Source: Octopus sinensis (lineage: Eukaryota). Taken from it: a stretch of DNA of 64,000 nt. Where the stretch lies: contig NC_043008.1 of assembly GCF_006345805.1 (NCBI RefSeq), positions 60,326,001-60,390,000 of the forward strand. Direction: 5' to 3'. A model generated the notes under the pieces. That model was not told where the DNA came from and searched no databases. It saw only the letters and a list, made by a program, of their open reading frames with translations. The position numbers and the translations under genes are program-made. Positions 27,297 through 40,830 of this stretch are shown piece after piece; positions within the stretch are counted from its first letter, which is position 1; each line of letters begins with the position of its first letter.

Positions 27297-28455
27297 AATA
27301 TTTTGAACATTTTTAGAGAACCATGGTATTTTTTCAGGTAAAACTGTTAGTATTCGGTAAGTACAGATAAGTGATTAAATTTTGAACGCCTCTGACAAAT
27401 ATAGATCGAGGAATAGATGTAATACATGATATATATAAGGTTGTAGTTTATTTATAGAATATATTATAGAGACTAGTTAAAGTAATAAGCGTTGTTTTGT
27501 CAAAGAGATTATTAATAAATTAACGTAATGCCTTAGTTTGTTAGGGTCGCAATGGAGCGTCGAGGGATAATGGTTTTATGCTTATGAATACGAAGCAGTT
27601 GTGTGGGAGAGAATAAATGACTTTATAAAAGGACGTGAGAAATATTTCATTAGCTTTTAGGCTATCAATGCTATGGCAAGGTCAACTTTTTTAGGTGAAA
27701 ATTTGTAGCGTAATGTGACTTAAATTTTGAACATTATCGATTTAAAAAGAGTGAATAAAAAGGAAAGCGATAAATACACTGACTTACAAATAGGCATGTA
27801 AATAAAAAATACGTATACGAATTTATCCAAATACATATATAACTGCACACATACGTAAAGAGAATATGCGCATAGGTATAACCATACACGTTTGCATAAA
27901 GACGTGCAAAATATGTAGACGAATTGAAACTGTGTGGAGATATTGACTGAAATTTACTGATACATTAAAAACAATTTAAACACTAACAGCATGACGGAGC
28001 GAGGGAAACTCAATCGATTATATATACAAGTAGACCTATGAATATACATATAAACAAGAATGTAAATATACACAAGAGTAAAGATAATCTTGCAGGGACC
28101 AAATAAAGTTCTTTGCTTCGTTTGTACAACTTCTGTATGGATAATGTTGCGGGAGGTATTGAGTTTCTTCATGTTTTGTAATCACTCTTTGCACGTATAA
28201 AACAATCCATTTCATTGTTAGTACCAATTATATATTCTTTCTGGGTTTGGAATTGTCCTCTGAGTGTGGTTCAGATGTTCTATCCAAGACTAACTCTTTC
28301 CATAGAAGATATCTTATGTAGAATATCTATGGGACTAAAATCTGAAAGCCTATATATAATTTGTCTTTGCCTATCTAAACGTGTTTGATATCTGTAAAAA
28401 ATATTTGATGCATTATACACACACATATACATACATACATATATATACTCCGCCC

Positions 28456-28522
<67 letters not shown>

Positions 28523-30209
28523 CTCATAGATGAGAGTCAGATATACACCGTGTAGAATATACTTAGTAGTGTTTAAGAGATTCAAACTTGAGCGGGCAGA
28601 GAAATGTTTTATACTTCCTTCTTTCATCACATCAAATGTAAGATCTCTTCACTGAAGACGGAGGCTCGTCACATCTGACGATAGAATCAACCTAAAAACA
28701 CTATTTTGGACCACCGAGCCCTCAGAAACCGCTGTTGGATTTGTAATACTTTTCTTCAACCTCTTAAATTCTCGATATCATTTCTATTCTGTGTAAATCG
28801 AGCCTTTATGTATGTAAACATATATACATTTTTGCATTTCATGCATTTAATGAAGTGGCACCTAACATTTTGGCAACAGTCACATATGATTTAAATAGCT
28901 ATTTGACTCAACTCCACATGTCTGAAATTGTCTGGTTACATTGGGCACATCAATCTCACATGTATGGATAATCTGTCTTAAATCTCTCTTGAAACATCTC
29001 AGGAGATGGGCGTGTCTTCTGCACCAACGAAGCTTTAAGTTATGAAGAGCAAAATCAAAGTGACATGCATAAGCATGCATATATACGTATATACATACAT
29101 ACACACATGTATGCATGCATTCATACATACATGTGTGTATATATGTGACTGTACGTATGTGTTGTTTTGCAAGAATTCTATTTATGAATATGTTTTGTGT
29201 TATGTGCAATGCATTCGGTGCATGCCTTCTTTATCACCTCGAGACATATCCGTAAATATGAAATGCATTAAGTTTACTTAGTGCACTGATACAGAGACAA
29301 ATCATGCTGCCTTTATGAGAACAAACGTGTGCACGCCCTGCGATGCATTCCAGCAATTATTCTTTAATTGTTGCCGACAAAGAAACCTGCTCAAATTATA
29401 TCATTTTGTAAATTTATATTTTCTTCGGTTAAATGCATCTTATTCATTCATTCTTCTCACGTAAAACCATTATCACATTGCGCTAAATTTATGGAAGCCT
29501 ATACGTCATATAACCAAACAAGGAACAGTAATTGCGAAGAAACATCGTCAGGTGAGCCAATGACGGAGTCACCTTAATGTCATTTCGTAAGGTAGAAATG
29601 CTAGCGAAAGAACTTGATAATCACACAAAAGAGGAAGGTTGTATTTTTTCTCAACGTGTTCCCATAATTAAATACTGTAAATCTGAAACAAATTAAGCTT
29701 GAAAACATTGCCCTTGCTCATGGTTAAAGTGTCAGTAATAATATATATCTGCTAGTCTACAGCTCATCTAGAGTTATACAACAATAGGTGTAAGCATTAC
29801 TGCTCTGATAAAGGTGTTTAGACAGACGCATTTGTTCATTCGTGCATACACGCAGCAGAATTAAAACACATTGCACACACACAAACAAAATGTTAATACA
29901 CAAATACAAAATTGGTATAGGAGTTATTGTAGAACAGCTGTAGTCTTAGTAGTAATAGTAGTAGTAGTGATGGTGACGTTGAGGCACAAGGCCTGACATT
30001 TAAAGAAGTGTGTTAAACCAGTCCAGTGCTTAAAAGCTATGTTATTTTATCCACCACGGATGGGTTCAATGTGCAGTTGACCCCCAGTTGACCGTTGAGT
30101 AGCGAAACAAACAATACATGGCATTTTCCCCTAATGTTCTAAATACTGTGCCTGCTTGTTGCATAAACAACTCCATGAAAATAATAGTAGTAATAAGAAT
30201 CATCTGTTC

Positions 30210-30417
30210 TACTGAAGGCACGCTGCATGAAATTTTGGTAAAGGGGGTGAAGTCGATTACATCTACCCCAGTACTCAAATGGCACTTATTTTGTAAACAT
30301 GAAAGGATGAAAGGCTAAGTTAACCTGGGCGGAATTTGAACTCAGAACGTAAGTACGGACAAAATACCGCAAGGCGTTTTGTCTGGCGTGCTAAATATTC
30401 TGCCAGGTCTCCGCCTT
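30210..30417 (-). mobile_element. SINE B2
   Basis: gaaaggatgaaaggc...ggcggaatttgaactcagaacg...ctgccaggtctccgcctt. Confidence 0.8.
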
Positions 30418-30434
30418 AATAATGAAAATGGTAG

Positions 30435-30445
30435 TAATAATAATG

Positions 30446-30478
<33 letters not shown>

Positions 30479-30518
30479 TAATAATAATAATAATAATAAT
30501 ATAATAATAATAATAATA

Positions 30519-30553
<35 letters not shown>

Positions 30554-30586
30554 TAATAATAATAATAATAATAGTATAATAATAAC

Positions 30587-30636
<50 letters not shown>

Positions 30637-30645
30637 CAATAATAA
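30435..30645. repeat. (AAT)n microsatellite
   Basis: Direct repeat with AT interruptions. Confidence 0.95.
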
Positions 30646-30659
30646 CGCTTTCAAATATT

Positions 30660-30981
30660 GCAACTGGTATTTAATCTATCAACCCCGATAGGATAAAAGG
30701 CAAAGTCGACCTTGGCGGAATTTGAACACACAACGTAAAGACAAACGAATACCTATTTCTTTACTACCCACAAGGGGCTAAACACAGAGGGGACAAACAA
30801 GGACAGACAAACAGATTAAGTCGATTATATCGACCCCAGTGCATAACTGGTACTTATTTAATCGACCCTGAAAGGATGAAAGGCCAAGTCGACCTCGGCG
30901 GAATTTGGATTCAACATGTAGTGGCAGACGAAATACTGCTAGGCATTTCGCCGGCGTGCTAACGTTTCTGCCAGCTCACCG
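30660..30981 (-). mobile_element. B1 joined to a partial second B copy
   Basis: Full B1 at 30754-30981 abutting a B core at the gaatacc|tatttc junction. Confidence 0.85.
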
Positions 30982-30999
30982 TTTTCATAACGTGCAGAA

Positions 31000-31180
31000 T
31001 CTTTATCACTCCGAGTGAAATGTTTCGCAGTATTTCGTCGCATCTTACGTTCTGAGTTCAAATTTTGCCGTGGTCGATATTTCGGACTCGATAAAATATG
31101 TATCAACTGAGCACTGGGGTCGATGTAATAAACTTTGTGCCTCTTCCGAAATTCCTGGAGTTACGCCAAAATTGGGAACT
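31000..31180 (+). mobile_element. Degenerate SINE B2
   Basis: gtatttcgtc...acgttctgagttcaaatt...actggggtcgatgtaat. Confidence 0.65.
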
Positions 31181-31784
31181 AATATTATCCTCATTCGTTA
31201 CTATTACTAGCTTCATCATTGGTCATCGTCCCAACACCTCTCCACACCCCCTTATCATCATCAACATCGACAACATTATCGTCATCGTGGTTATCCAGAT
31301 TAATATTATTGAAGTTGTTGAGCGTCAATATCGTTACATGAAGAAAATAAGGAGATGACCGTGACGATGATGATGACGTTGACAATGTAGATGATTGTTC
31401 TTTAGCCATCGTTGCTGTTGAAGATGTTGTCGTCGTAGTTGTCATTCTCCCTAAAGAAACAAATATACATACAAATATATATATACATTTGTATGTATAT
31501 ATGTATGTATATATGTATGTATATATACACGCTTATATAATGTTCAAATCTACGTGATTGTGTGTGTGTGAGTGCGTACGTGGTGGCTTCTGTGTATTTC
31601 TGTGCGTCTGTTGTTTTTTTATTCATTTGTTAGGCAACATCTCAAGTTTTATACAGCCCTTGAGGAAATGTACTGTAATTTGTCTAAACAGCTTCATCGA
31701 AATAGTTTTCATTCGAATACGTTACATTATTTGCGAGTCTGTCTATCTCTTTTTCGCCCATCCTCTTGTCTAACTTTCGATTCA

Positions 31785-31787
31785 TTC

Positions 31788-31865
<78 letters not shown>

Positions 31866-32043
31866 ATATCTATCTACCTTCTTTCTTTTCTTCTTTCTTT
31901 CTTTCTATCGATCTGTTTTTCTGTCTATCTGTCTGTCTACCTGTCTGTCCGTCCGTCTATCTGTCTATCTATCCCTTGCAATTTGTCCCGTCTGTGTGCA
32001 ACCCTGTGTGGCTAATAAAGAAACATATCTATCTATCTATCTA

Positions 32044-32082
<39 letters not shown>

Positions 32083-32190
32083 CTGTCTCTCTGTCTATCT
32101 ACCTGTCTGTCTGTCTATCTATGTATGTACGTCTGTATGTATGTATGTACGTATGTATGTATGTATGTATCTATCTATCTATCTCTAACT
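31785..32190. repeat. (TATC)n/(TA)n/(TATG)n compound microsatellite
   Basis: Direct repeats. Confidence 0.9.
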
Positions 32191-32585
32191 ATCTATGTAA
32201 CTGAACTAGTCTTCCTGTACTGGCTTGTCTCCCACTGGGCAAGAATATTTTGTAAGATTTTCAACTATATTGTCCATGTATCTGCTAGAAAATTTGTGGT
32301 TGAATCAACTGAAATTTGTAATATAAATGTATTTGTAATATATATATATTATTATTTTTCCTGTCTGCTATATTTGTAATAACTTCTATTTTGTTGTTTC
32401 TTTTTACGTTTGCAGAAAAATACTGCAACAAATCTGTCAAATTAATAAATTGTCATTTTTTTCTTTTTTTAAGTTGTTTTGCATGTGAAGTCTAAGTCTC
32501 TCGCATTCCAGACAATTATGTACAACTGTACGCATATATAAATTGACACATGAAGACGTACATTTGTAAGCAGAATAAAAAGCCT

Positions 32586-32623
<38 letters not shown>

Positions 32624-32738
32624 ACTGATATAGATATACATACATATGTACATATATATATATGTATATATATATGTATATATATATGTATATATATATG
32701 TATGTATATATGTATATATATGTATGTATATATATATA

Positions 32739-32897
32739 TTTTTTCTAGTTTCAGCTTAGAGCTGCGGCCATGGTGATGGACCGCCGTTTTGTGCTACAGT
32801 GTTATTACGACGAACCTCGTCTAATATGTGGCACTTGGTGAAGAATGGAGTTTGATATAGCTACTCTCATTTGCACCTCTTGCCGTGAGGTAGGTTC
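32739..32897 (-). mobile_element. CR1/L2-group LINE 3' terminus sharing its tail with SINE A
   Basis: Minus strand reads EPTSRQEVQMRVAISNSILHQVPHIRRGSS* followed by ggcggtccatcaccatggccgcagctctaagctgaaactagaaaa. Confidence 0.65.
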
Positions 32898-32953
<56 letters not shown>

Positions 32954-33229
32954 GAAGATGGGATCAAAGATATATTGACTTCGGGTAAAAGAAAATATGG
33001 CGCCTGATATAGCGTTTTAAATTAGATAATGTATTGAAAAGACACCTACAAATTTGCACATCTGATTTTGACCGCCAAGAGCTAGAGTAAAGTTCTGTCG
33101 TTGTGGATCTTAAAATGTCTTTTAAGGTCTCCGTTAAATTTGCAGGCATTATGGCATACACAGCATTGAATGGTGTGCAGAGATATAATGACAATAATTG
33201 GTGGAGATTCGTTTTACATGGGTCCGCAA

Positions 33230-33850
33230 ATATACAGGCGTGAGTGGGTGAATTAACTGTGAATTAAATGATACGGACATCTCATTCTAAAAGATACCAA
33301 AATTACATAAAAATATCTTGAAATAATAAAGAGTTTATTTATTCAATAAAAGCGGCATTGGCTTCAACTACGGCCTCGAGACAAATACGGAATTCCCTGC
33401 AACTCTAGTGGACGGTAAATAGTGCTATAATCGTTGTCCTCACTTCATCTTTGGTGTCACAAAGAGTTTTGTTGGTTTCTCGCTCAACTGCGCCCCACAT
33501 AATAGTCAATGGGGCTGCAGTTTGAAGGGACATAAGTGGCCAGATGTGTGAGGTGATGCTGTTACAGAAATTGCCTGACGGCCATGACTGAGTTACCCTG
33601 CTTGTGTGCAGTCACGCAGTCACGCTCTTGCCACAAAGCAGCACTACCTCCTCCAGGCACTTGATGTAGGCTTCCGTGTTGAGTCTGAGGCCGTGTGAAG
33701 AGAAGAAAGGAAGCACAACGTCGCCATAACTTGTTGTATTGGCTGGATGTTTGATTTTTATCACTCTTGTTACATGTCCTCAAATTGCACTGTGCTCCGA
33801 CTGAAACTCAAACACTCTGAAATGTTCGTATTGGAGTTTCCGGCACCAGT
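33230..33850 (-). pseudogene. Tc1/mariner superfamily transposon remnant (maT/DD37D-like)
   Basis: Fragments TQSWPSGNFC..IWP, NCSPIDYYV-WGAVERETNKTLCDTKDEV and CREFRICLEAVVEANAAFIE* match WPPxSPDxNPLDYxVW-type C-termini; tatacaggcg TIR-like end. Confidence 0.8.
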
Positions 33851-33857
33851 TTGTTAT

Positions 33858-33929
<72 letters not shown>

Positions 33930-33930
33930 C

Positions 33931-34762
33931 ATAGAAGAATGCGAGCAAGAGAAATAATATTCTTCAGATTATAAACGTGGAAAATTACAGAACTACACTT
34001 GGAAAAGTGCAGGACAAGATATTACATCTGGTAAAGTACAGAACAAAAAATATTTTACTTAAAATATTGCAGCTAATGATAAGATTTCAAATAAAATATT
34101 TATATTTAGAAAGTATTAGCTTTTATTAAAACTAAAATTTTATTACAAGGTATTACTTCTGTTAAAAATACAAAATAAATCAATGAAAATATTTTTGCTC
34201 TTCAAAAAATTTCATTTCTTAAATTATTAATTAATAATTAGAAATTTGAAAATAGGTAATAAAAAATAATAGTAGTACATTAAATAGAATTATACAACAA
34301 TTACTTATATATTATAGTCAAATTTACCTATAACAACAAATTCACAGTAAAATTTGCTTGAGTTATTGCCTAAGTTATTGCCAAGTTTTCATATTTTTAG
34401 TTTTGACTCAATACCTATTTTTAATGAATTTGCTTACCATATATACTATTCTACTTTGCATAAAACTTTAGCTATATTTGTATTTCTGGCTCCCATTTTT
34501 ATGTATTCTAATGTGTCAATGTTTTAACAAAATCATGGTATCTTTTAAAATTATAATGTTATTTTATAAATTAAAATCAAATAATTTTAATATTGAAATT
34601 GTATCCTTAGCTACAATATTTTAAGTAAAAAATGTTTGTTGTTCTGTACTTGACAAGATGAAGTAACTTATCCTGAACTTTTACAAATGTATTAAGTCGT
34701 TCTGTACTTTTCCAGGTTTATAATCTTAAGAATATTATTTCTCTTGCTCGCATTTTCCTATA
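33931..34762. mobile_element. Foldback/MITE-like element with ~330-bp inverted arms
   Basis: atgcgagcaagagaaataatattctt (left) versus aagaatattatttctcttgctcgcat (right); inverted homology continues inward (aagtacagaacaa/ttgttctgtactt, ttttacttaaaatattg/caatattttaagtaaaa, aaaataggta/tacctatttt). Confidence 0.85.
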
Positions 34763-34829
34763 TAGTCCATTATTTTTTCAGACAATGCTGTTATGCTAAA
34801 TAATAATGTGTCAATTAATAAGTCAAGAT

Positions 34830-35200
34830 TTTGATTATTGAAAATTATCTTAATGATACCGGTGACATATATTAAAATACCTCTGATAGAACTATATTTA
34901 TAAAAATAAGTATAGAGCTATATCATCAATCTCAAATTTGAGAAACAAACATCCATTACTTTATTCTTTAAAAACTTCTTTCTTGTCTCAGATATTACGG
35001 GACTGCGTTTACATGATATAATTGCATTAATTAATACAGATGACGTAGTTAAACTAACTTCAAATTAGTAGTGTCATTGAAAATTTTATATTTACCTCAA
35101 TGATGCCGGTGACATATAAAAAAGTATAGAACTACATTATCACCCACAAATTTGAGAAACAAGCAATCATAATTTCTTTCTTTTAAAACCTCATTACATC
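34830..35200. repeat. Diverged tandem duplication (~240-bp unit)
   Basis: aatgataccggtgacatata...caaatttgagaaacaa repeated as aatgatgccggtgacatata...caaatttgagaaacaa. Confidence 0.75.
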
Positions 35201-35672
35201 AGATTGATACCATGAAGTTACTCGACTTGAGCGGTATCATTTAAGCTTAATTAAAATACAATTTTTTTTAAATAAAAAAAAGTTAAATTATACTCAAATC
35301 CAGATGGATTTACTATTTTTTCCATGATATTTTATCTCACAACTCTTTTGATACAAACTTTTGTTGCATGGGATTAAAGCTATAAAATGTCTGATGCTTT
35401 CTTTTATCATTGAAGCTAAGATAAATATATTTTGGTTTTAAAATAAAAATCTCTCCTATAACGTTGCTACAAATTTCGATGTAAATTTTCTTTCCACTGG
35501 ACCAAGTCTCAATATGTTTATGCCAAAATGTAGCTATGGACCATTCCTCGTCAAAAATGTTAACAATTTTCAATTTGGAAAAGAACTGAACTAGCGACAG
35601 ATCTGTGAATATGCTGCGTGTGAGTAAATTGCGGCCTTAAAAATATTATTCAACTACTACCGTAGTTGAATA

Positions 35673-35704
<32 letters not shown>

Positions 35705-35715
35705 TATATATACAT

Positions 35716-35958
35716 ACAGGAGTTGGTGGTGATCCCTGCTGTACTCTTTCACCACAACTTTCTCTCACTCCTACTTTCTGTATTTCAAGGGGCCGGCCTT
35801 GTCACTCTCTGTGTCACGCTGAATATCCCCGAGAACTACGTTAAGGGTGCACGTGTCTGTGGAGTGCTCAGCCACTTACACGTTAATTTCACGAGCAGGC
35901 TGTTTCGTTGATTCGGATCAACCGGAACCCTCATCGTCGTAACCGACGGAGTGCTTCC
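35716..35958 (+). mobile_element. SINE with body C and tail X, 5' truncated
   Basis: ggtggtgatccctgctgtactctttcaccacaac matches 63894 onward; tail aatttcacgagcaggctgtt...cgtcgtaaccgacggagtgc. Confidence 0.85.
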
Positions 35959-36671
35959 ACTCCACATACTTATTCATGCAGACCCCCCCCCCACACACAC
36001 ACACGTATTCTTATCTATTACGTTAGCTGTATCAGGCAGCCAAAGAGTAGTGTTGGATGTTTTAAAACTATCTCTTCTCCAGCAGACAATCTGCCTTTTT
36101 TCTTTCTGCTTTCATTTCAACACCCAACAACTAAATCATCAGGTCTTCTTTGTATATATTTGTTGTTGTTGTTGTTGTTATTGTTTATCTTCTGCTCAAG
36201 AGAATATCCGCTCCTCTTTTGCCACCTATCGAAATGTTCCTAATATTTATTAGAAAAGTTAAAAAAGAAAAACAACAAAACACTCACGCACTAAGTAGGT
36301 CGATGACTTGCAAGTGGTGTTATTGTTACTATAAAGAACTACTAAAAATGCCGTCGTTCAGCTGCATGTGTTTTGCATATGCTTTCTTTAACCTATTTGA
36401 TGTTGTTATAACCCATCTACATACGTTGTTAGTTCAAATCTTGCGAAAATTGAGCTTGATTACCGGAGACTATAAAACTTATGTTTTTTATGAGCATAAT
36501 TGATATAATCTGGAACTTTGTAAATAGCTTTGCGACAACGGTAAAATTTACTTTTACAATTATTTTAGTCGTTCATTTTGAGAATAACCATTTGATTCCA
36601 TGTGAATTTTGTTGCCTTTTCATCTGGAACTGTTTCTCTCCCTGCTGTTGTTCTTGTCGCCATCATTGTGA

Positions 36672-36880
36672 CAGCTGGCCGGGCGAAATGCGTAGCCGTA
36701 TTTCGTCTGTCGTTACGTCGTGAGTTCAAATTCCGCCGAGGTCGACTTTGCCTTTCATCCTTTCGGGGTCGATAAATTAAGTACCAGTTACGCACTGGGG
36801 TCGATGTAATCGACTGAATCCGTTTGTCTGTCCTTGTTTGTCCCCTCTATGTTTAACCCCTTGTGGGCAATAAAGAAATA
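36672..36880 (+). mobile_element. SINE B1, slightly 5' truncated
   Basis: Core and tail ccttgtgggcaataaagaaata. Confidence 0.9.
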
Positions 36881-36924
36881 TATTACGTGTTGTGATTGTT
36901 TATATCTGTTTCTTTGACACGTTA

Positions 36925-37145
36925 CCTTTTTTTTTAGTCTGCGACCGTGCTGGGGCATCACCTTGAAAAATTCCGTCGAACAAATAGACTCCGGAACTCA
37001 TTTCATTCTCTACCACTTATTCTAATGGAATCGTGTGCCGAACCGCTAGGTAAAGCGCACGTAATAAAAGAAAGGCCCGTTTTATAGATGGGGTAGGTGC
37101 CAAATACAGATAGACAAATACTTGTGTGCACGCGTTCACACACAC
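36925..37145 (-). mobile_element. Degenerate SINE A 3' half
   Basis: ctgcgaccgtgctggggcatcaccttg...gccgaaccgcta resembles the reverse complement of the A tail. Confidence 0.55.
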
Positions 37146-37186
37146 ACAAACGCTTTTCTTTGCGTTTTGTATGCATTTATCTAACT

Positions 37187-37461
37187 GGAGGCGCAATGGC
37201 CCAGTCGTTAGGGCAGCGCACTTGCGTTCGGATGATCGCGGTTTCGATTCCCAGACTGGGCCTTGTGCGTGTTTTTTGAGCGAAAACACCTAATGCTCCG
37301 TCAGGGGGGGTGGCGACCCCTGTTGTACTCTTTCGCACCAAATTTCTCTCGTTCTTTCTTCCTGTTTCTTGAGAAACGCTGCGATGGATGGGGAATACAT
37401 ACGCCACAGAAACCGGGAAACCGGGCCCATGAGCCTGGCTAGGCTTGAAAAGGGCGCATTT
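37187..37461 (+). mobile_element. SINE with head/body C and tail Y
   Basis: Head as at 63761; tail gaaaccgggaaaccgggcccatgagcctggctaggcttgaaaagggcgcattt as at 23712. Confidence 0.9.
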
Positions 37462-37703
37462 ACCTATTGCTTCTAATGTGACTCTACTTTTATGTGGCTG
37501 CTTGTAATGTTATTACTGGTAGGTCCATCGTTGCTATTGTCGAGTTATTACTTCACAGTGATATTTAGACTCGGTTTGATGAGAATTATGGATCAAAACT
37601 GGTCTATCCGTAATCATTAGTCGTGTTTTCTTTGGCTACATTATTCAACGAGAGCTTTCTTTTCGCTAGTTTTCTTCCTTTTCAAAATGACAAGATATTA
37701 TTT

Positions 37704-37962
37704 GAGGGTTATTTGATTGCCACTTTTACCAGATTGATAGATTGTGTGGAGGTTTCTACATTATTTACATGCTAAGAATGGCGGCTTGGAGAAAGGAATC
37801 GGCTTGAGGGACCGGAGTAAGAAAACACGACAAGGGTTATTTGATTGCTACTTTTATCAGATTGATAAACTGCATGGAGGTTCCTACATTATTTACATGC
37901 GAAGTATGACAGCTTGGAGAAAGGATTTGACTTGAGGGACCAGATGAAGAAAACAAGAGAAG
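37704..37962. repeat. Tandem duplication (~130-bp unit)
   Basis: agggttatttgattgc...ttggagaaagga...cttgagggacc occurs twice. Confidence 0.85.
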
Positions 37963-38588
37963 GTTAATACAACGGCAGTATATAAGTGAGAGAAAATTAC
38001 GATAAAATAGAGACAGAAGTGGGGTCGAGGACAAGAGGGGTAGACAGGAAAATTTGACAGAGTGAGAGAAACGTAGAAGACAAAATCAGAAAAGTGCAGA
38101 AGGAAATAAGGCGATAAAATATGGAGTAATAGAAAAGTTGTTTATTATTTCCTGTCATGTCGAATGACAGTTTTACAAGAAGTTCCATCCGTTTTATGGT
38201 AATGAATTCCACAGATATTCACCATCACTGTTTCGGTTGTTGTTGCTGTTGTTGTTGCTGATGCTGTTGTTTAGCCCGAATTTAGTTCGAGTTGGTCAAA
38301 AGCGTTTCAGCTGTGAACATCACTCCTTGCTATTAAACATAGAGGGTTAGTTATATGATTTTACGATAATTTGGTTATGGTTTTTACAAGATGGAAAGTT
38401 CGTGTAGGATACTTGAGTGTTTAAGTGTTGTCTTCTATAGATTGATTAGTTAATTAATGGATTTTATACCATATTATTATATTTGTTGACTTCATTTATC
38501 TATCGACCTTTTAGCTGTTCGCCTTCATGCATCAACGCACACACGCACACACACACCCACACACATACACGCGCACACATACACATGC

Positions 38589-38950
38589 ACAGAGGGTGTC
38601 CAGAAATTATCTTTAAAAATTGTAAACTTCATAAGAAAATAAAAATTAAGGATATGTAAGTCATCACGGTTTATTGTCAAACAAAGATAATTCTATTAGA
38701 ACCGTCTCAATGCATTCACGTAGGATCCATTTATTTGTACGCAATGCGTGTACTTTGATAAAGACAGATTGTGGAAGTTGTAAAGACAATTTATGAACAC
38801 ACTGTCTAGTGAGGTAGAGCTGGAGTATTAAGAAGTTAGCTGTAGAATCGTGAGCTCTCACGTTTGATAATACTACGGGACTTGTTGTGCAAGAGTCTTT
38901 AGGTCCACGGTCGGAGAGAAAGCGCGAAAATCATCTTAGGCACTGCATAT
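38589..38950. mobile_element. Possible Tc1/mariner non-autonomous remnant
   Basis: cagagggtgtccagaaa resembles tacagggtgtcc-type TIRs; the rest is weakly informative. Confidence 0.3.
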
Positions 38951-39555
38951 CTTCCTTCTTCGAATTATGCATACACATAGAAACACAGTCCTTCTCTCTC
39001 TCTCTCTCTCTCTCTCTTTGTCGCGCACACACATACACACACATATTCATATACACACGGAAAAATAACCAAAACAGGGATGTGAAGGAAGATATGAAGA
39101 GAATTCTTTGATTTCCTTTGGTTTTGAAGATATATATTTTACAGATAATTTTCAGGCCTAGAAAATCAATTCTGGGTTGTCCATTTTTATGATAATCTGC
39201 GTAGAGGTAAGAAGAAAAATTTTCGTGTTCTCTGCCAGCATACATCTTTACCAGCATATATTTCAGTGAGGCTTTACATAGCGTCGTATCGTTATCGACT
39301 GCTATATCCAGCAAACATCGGTGTCTTGTTGTGCCACTAATTCTGATATATATGTATATATATATATTCATTTAATATTGGACGACACTAAATTCTGAAT
39401 ATCGTTGAAACCAATATTTCAATTCTTATTGTTATAAAATACTTCCTCATGCGTTTCCACTTGAGACAAATTCTAAAAAGTCTTGAGTAATATCTTAAAT
39501 ATTATTCATATTAAGAATTTTGTTACTGACTTCAACCACCAACCTATACCAACTA

Positions 39556-39564
39556 TATACATAC

Positions 39565-39614
<50 letters not shown>

Positions 39615-39665
39615 TATATGTATATATATATATGTATGTATATATACATGTATATATATATATGT

Positions 39666-39706
<41 letters not shown>

Positions 39707-39755
39707 TGTATATGTATATATGTGTATATATATATATACACGCACACACATAAAC

Positions 39756-39786
<31 letters not shown>

Positions 39787-40393
39787 CATCCGTGTGCGCG
39801 CGCATGTGCGTGCATATGCTTGTGTATACATATATATAATCAAAGGAAATAAGTGTACTGATACACTGACGTCCGGCGGTAGGTATACGAGAAGAGTTTT
39901 AATGAAGTATCTTCTTTATATTCAACAAGTTTTACTTCACTTAATATTCCATTCTCCAAATCCCTTTATAACAAAATTCAGAAAGGGACATTTAATCACA
40001 TAAAACGTACGTAGTAGACAAAGAGAAACCTCAGAAAATATGACGTAGCGACATCCATGCCTTCACCTTTTATAAATACGCGTCGTACTGTCAATGGAAA
40101 CCAGCTGCATGTTCAAACAGGCATGACCTTCCCGCCAATCAACATATGTCTGACACGCTTCGACACAATATATCTACTTCTAAGAAATATGAAATTTACT
40201 TATGTGACAATAAAAGACGACCTGGCTGCCATTTCTCTTCACTGTAATCATTTGGCTTCATTGAGGTGTGTACTACACTACGTATAAATTATACGCATGG
40301 TATATATGTATGTATCAATATAATTATATATATATATGTATGTATATGTATATGTATATGTGGATATATATATATATATATATGCATATGTGT

Positions 40394-40435
<42 letters not shown>

Positions 40436-40460
40436 TGTATATGTGTATATATATATATGT

Positions 40461-40492
<32 letters not shown>

Positions 40493-40541
40493 GTGTATAT
40501 ATATATGTGTATATATATATATATGTATATGTGTATATATA

Positions 40542-40575
<34 letters not shown>

Positions 40576-40830
40576 AATATATATATGTGTGCGTGTATAA
40601 TGTATATATACATATATGTATGTATGTGTGTTTGTATATGCGTGTACGCGTCTGTATGTGTGTGTTTGTGTGTTTCGTTGCGTATCTCTGAAAAAAGTTG
40701 TGAATTGGCTGAGTAAATATGACCATAGTTATGAATACTCACAAACACACACACACACATACACACACACACATATATCTATATATATATATACATGCGT
40801 AAATACAAATGCAGATATGTGTGTATGTGT
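39556..40830. repeat. Long imperfect (TA)n/(TATG)n/(CA)n tracts
   Basis: Two main blocks, 39556-39840 and 40310-40830. Confidence 0.9.
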
